40,207 bases of DNA from Octopus bimaculoides (taxonomy: Eukaryota), in assembly GCF_001194135.2 (NCBI RefSeq), contig NC_068998.1, positions 52,208,327 through 52,248,533 of the forward strand, written 5' to 3'. The translations under genes were made by a program, and so were the position numbers. Below the pieces are notes generated by a model. It saw only the letters and a list, made by a program, of their open reading frames with translations, did not search any database and was not told where the DNA came from. Positions 37,570 through 40,207 of the stretch are shown here, in pieces; positions within the stretch are counted from its first letter, which is position 1, and the number at the start of each line of letters is the position of its first letter.

Positions 37570-38174
37570 GTCGTTAATAGTATTACGCGACCATCATCTC
37601 CTCCTCCTCCTCCTCCTCCACTTCTTCATCCCCCTCCTATTGTAGCTACTGATAGCGTAAACAATATTACTTTTTAACTCCATCTCTGAAAAAAACTTAT
37701 CTTTAGATTTGCCATCTTTTAATGTTTTATTCCATCTCACAGCTTCTGCTTTCGCTCTCCACTCCACCCCACCCGCACCCTTCTCTCCGTAGCTTATCTA
37801 TCTTTCAATTCCTTTTTCTTTTTTCTTTTCCGCCAGTCCTGTTCTCATAATTGCACAAAGAAGCGAATAATCTGCACGAAAGAAAGATTTTAAGCAAATA
37901 TTCACGCGGGGTCTCATTATACATACATAGATACGTGTATGCATACATACGTACATACATACACCCGCTCATGTGCATACACACATATGTGTGTGTTTGA
38001 CAGTGTGTGTGTATATGCGTGTGTAATATGATACAAAACGTTCTGTCGCTTAGAATATTTTAACTAAGATGACATGAAAGCAGGCACATTCAGGCATATA
38101 TATTACACACGCCACACACACACACTTATATATATACATACATAATGCATATATATATATATACATATTAATAT

Positions 38175-38227
<53 letters not shown>

Positions 38228-38274
38228 GCGTATGTGTGTATGTATACACACATATATCTTTATACATACACTCG

Positions 38275-38510
38275 CGATGGTGATTCCTTCTTTGCAGAAG
38301 AAGTCCATCTCTTCAATTAGTGTTGTTATGAGATCTCATAGGAGTAGCAAGTCCGGCTCTGAACGAACAGACCCGACTGCAGATGTTACAAACATTTTCA
38401 AGTAGAAAAGTGTCTGGGATTGAAGCCAAGTCCTGTTTATAAAGTGCTCGTTTCAAGATGGAGGGTTGGTTCGCTAGATATGGGGTTTGAAATCTAATAC
38501 CACACCACAT
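38275..38510 (-). mobile_element. Probable 3' end of an RTE-like LINE with a decayed C-terminal C2H2 finger
   Basis: Minus frame encodes CNICSRVCSFRAGLATPMRSH (38328-38390), exact C-x2-C-x12-H-x3-H spacing with the first His replaced by Pro, followed closely by a stop and a short tail. Confidence 0.5.
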
Positions 38511-38889
38511 ACAACAAAGTGGAAAATAGTTGAAAAGTCCACACCTTATCTCAACAGATCAAAAAATGTATGCAATGCGTAGATGTAACAACACAGATCT
38601 TTTTCAGGTCTTCGAATTCAACCGTACTGCTGAATCCTAGATCTGAAATTTTCAGCGGTTGTTAACATATGGATAAGTTCCCGTTGGCGAACTGGAAAGT
38701 ACCAGCTTCTCCAAATTGAGCAGTTGTACCGCGGAATCTAGGCTACTATTATTTCAGGCCAAAGGGGGACATAACGCTAACTATCCTCACTCTTTGCTTT
38801 CTTCTTGTTTTCTTTTTCTTTTTTTCTGGATTTTCAAAGTTCTAACTACTACAAAGAACATGTTATGTTTATTAAATAACACACACACG

Positions 38890-38925
<36 letters not shown>

Positions 38926-38939
38926 TATGTATATATATA

Positions 38940-39127
38940 CAGGGATTGGACAAAATAATGGAAACACAGCATCATAGACAAAAATCCTTTGGAAACAGTT
39001 CAAAGTTTCTATGAGTCTATACCTCGTAGAATTCAAACTCTAATTACTGTCAAAGGTAGTCCTGCCTCATATTGAAATAAATTTGTTTGATATTTGAAGG
39101 TGTTTTCATTATTTTGTCCAAGCCCTG
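38940..39127 (+). mobile_element. Internally deleted Tc1/mariner element (188 bp)
   Basis: 28-bp TIRs 38940-38967 and 39100-39127 (26/28 identical), TA on both sides. Internal frame 38971-39075 reads IIDKNPLETVQSFYESIPRRIQTLITVKGSPASY*, matching Tc1 transposase C-termini (..ESMPRRxxAVIxAKGGxTxY*). Confidence 0.92.
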
Positions 39128-39160
<33 letters not shown>

Positions 39161-39200
39161 TCGTATGCTTGCATGCGTTTATATATGAATATATACATAT

Positions 39201-39478
39201 ATGATGGTACATAACTTTGCCAGTCTGTCCCAGACGACAATATCTGGCCTGTTATGTTTACATTTGACAGAAGTTTTGATGGGAATATTCCAGCAGTATT
39301 CCTTGAGTTGGTGTTTATGGATGTATTCCATAACAGAGGGAATTTCTAAGTTTATTTCAGGACAGTTTTTTTTTCTTTTTTTGGTAGATGGCATTGTAAA
39401 TTGTTTTAGCAACAGCATCGTGCCGCATAGTGAGGTAGTACCGTGACGAAATTCTAGGACAGCTGCTAATCACATGCG
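39201..39478 (-). mobile_element. Fragment of RLE-type non-LTR retrotransposon (R4/Dong- or NeSL-like), endonuclease domain
   Basis: Minus strand ITHVISSCPRISSRYYLTMRHDAVAKTIYNAI, a frameshift in a poly-A run, then ...EYCWNIPIKTSVKCKHNRPDIVVWDRLAKLCTII: end of the CCHC knuckle, RHD motif and the PD of a PD-(D/E)xK nuclease. Confidence 0.82.
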
Positions 39479-39584
39479 TAATATATGTATGTATGTATGT
39501 ATATATTTGTCGAATATATTCCTTACAAGTGCTCCGTGCATCAATGTCAGTCGTAAAACGGTACTCGCTCAAGACTTCATATAC

Positions 39585-39644
39585 TGGCTTGAACCCGGAA
39601 ATTATTAATTACAAAGTGAGCTTATAACCGCTCGGCTATGCCTG
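39585..39644 (-). mobile_element. Decayed tRNA-like SINE head
   Basis: Minus strand CAGGCATAGCCGAGCGGTTATAAG...TTCCGGGTTCAAGCC; degenerate A and B boxes similar to the family C head. Confidence 0.45.
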
Positions 39645-39876
39645 TTCTCTGAAATACATATGAGTACAAACACGTAGACACACACACACACACATACATA
39701 CACACACACCGCTCCACCCCATGGAGAGACAAACACACGCTGCCATATTAGCATGGAAAGGATATACGCAAAGCAATCTGGAAAATATATATATACATAT
39801 ATATAGACTTCTTGTATCACACACAATATCACTGTCTGCATACACATACACACAAATATGCGTGTGTGTGTGTATG

Positions 39877-39910
<34 letters not shown>

Positions 39911-39928
39911 NNNNNNNNNNATATATAG

Positions 39929-39961
<33 letters not shown>

Positions 39962-40207
39962 CATACATATATATATACACACGTATATATATATGCACTT
40001 AACTACAAACATACATATTCATATACATGTATCTATAAATATATGTATGTATATATATAGATATATATATATATATATATGTATAATATAGATACATATA
40101 TCTATTTCTATAATACCTACAGATATATATATACGCAGATATATATGTATATACACGCCTATATATACATATATATACATATGCGCATATATATATATAT
40201 ATATATA

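Noticed and set aside
37006-37677. 223-aa hydrophobic plus poly-Ser ORF
   Set aside because: Explained by T-rich low complexity and (TTC)n, which lack stops in that frame; no recognisable motif.
39431-39440. let-7-like TGAGGTAGTA (also TGAGGTAGTTGG at 34595-34606)
   Set aside because: Similarity stops after 10-12 nt, I see no precursor hairpin, and the 39431 match is antisense LINE coding sequence.

Overview
Non-coding, repeat-saturated animal genomic DNA (intron or intergenic). It contains 15 N-gaps (about 4.3 kb), most of them flanked by microsatellites, as expected for a short-read assembly. I find no supportable host protein-coding exon; the long ORFs in the track are translations of (TG)n, (TA)n, (CAT)n, (TACA)n or (TTC)n tracts or read through Ns. 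The microsatellite density and the tRNA-headed SINE families suggest an octopod cephalopod (inference from recalled repeat sequences, not a database search). Recognisable elements are about 16 SINE copies or fragments from three families, an internally deleted Tc1/mariner element with 28-bp TIRs, an RLE-type (R4/Dong- or NeSL-like) non-LTR fragment, a probable RTE-like 3' end with a decayed C2H2 finger, and two weak DNA-transposon relics. The most interesting signals are a hammerhead-ribozyme-like motif in a probable Penelope-like terminal repeat (16534-16560), an apparent excess of YY1/Pho motifs in the unique spacers, a perfect 34-bp inverted repeat running into a gap, and a SINE family that appears to carry and expand an internal microsatellite. 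I see no evidence for a new gene system. The regulatory and RNA observations are hypotheses to test.
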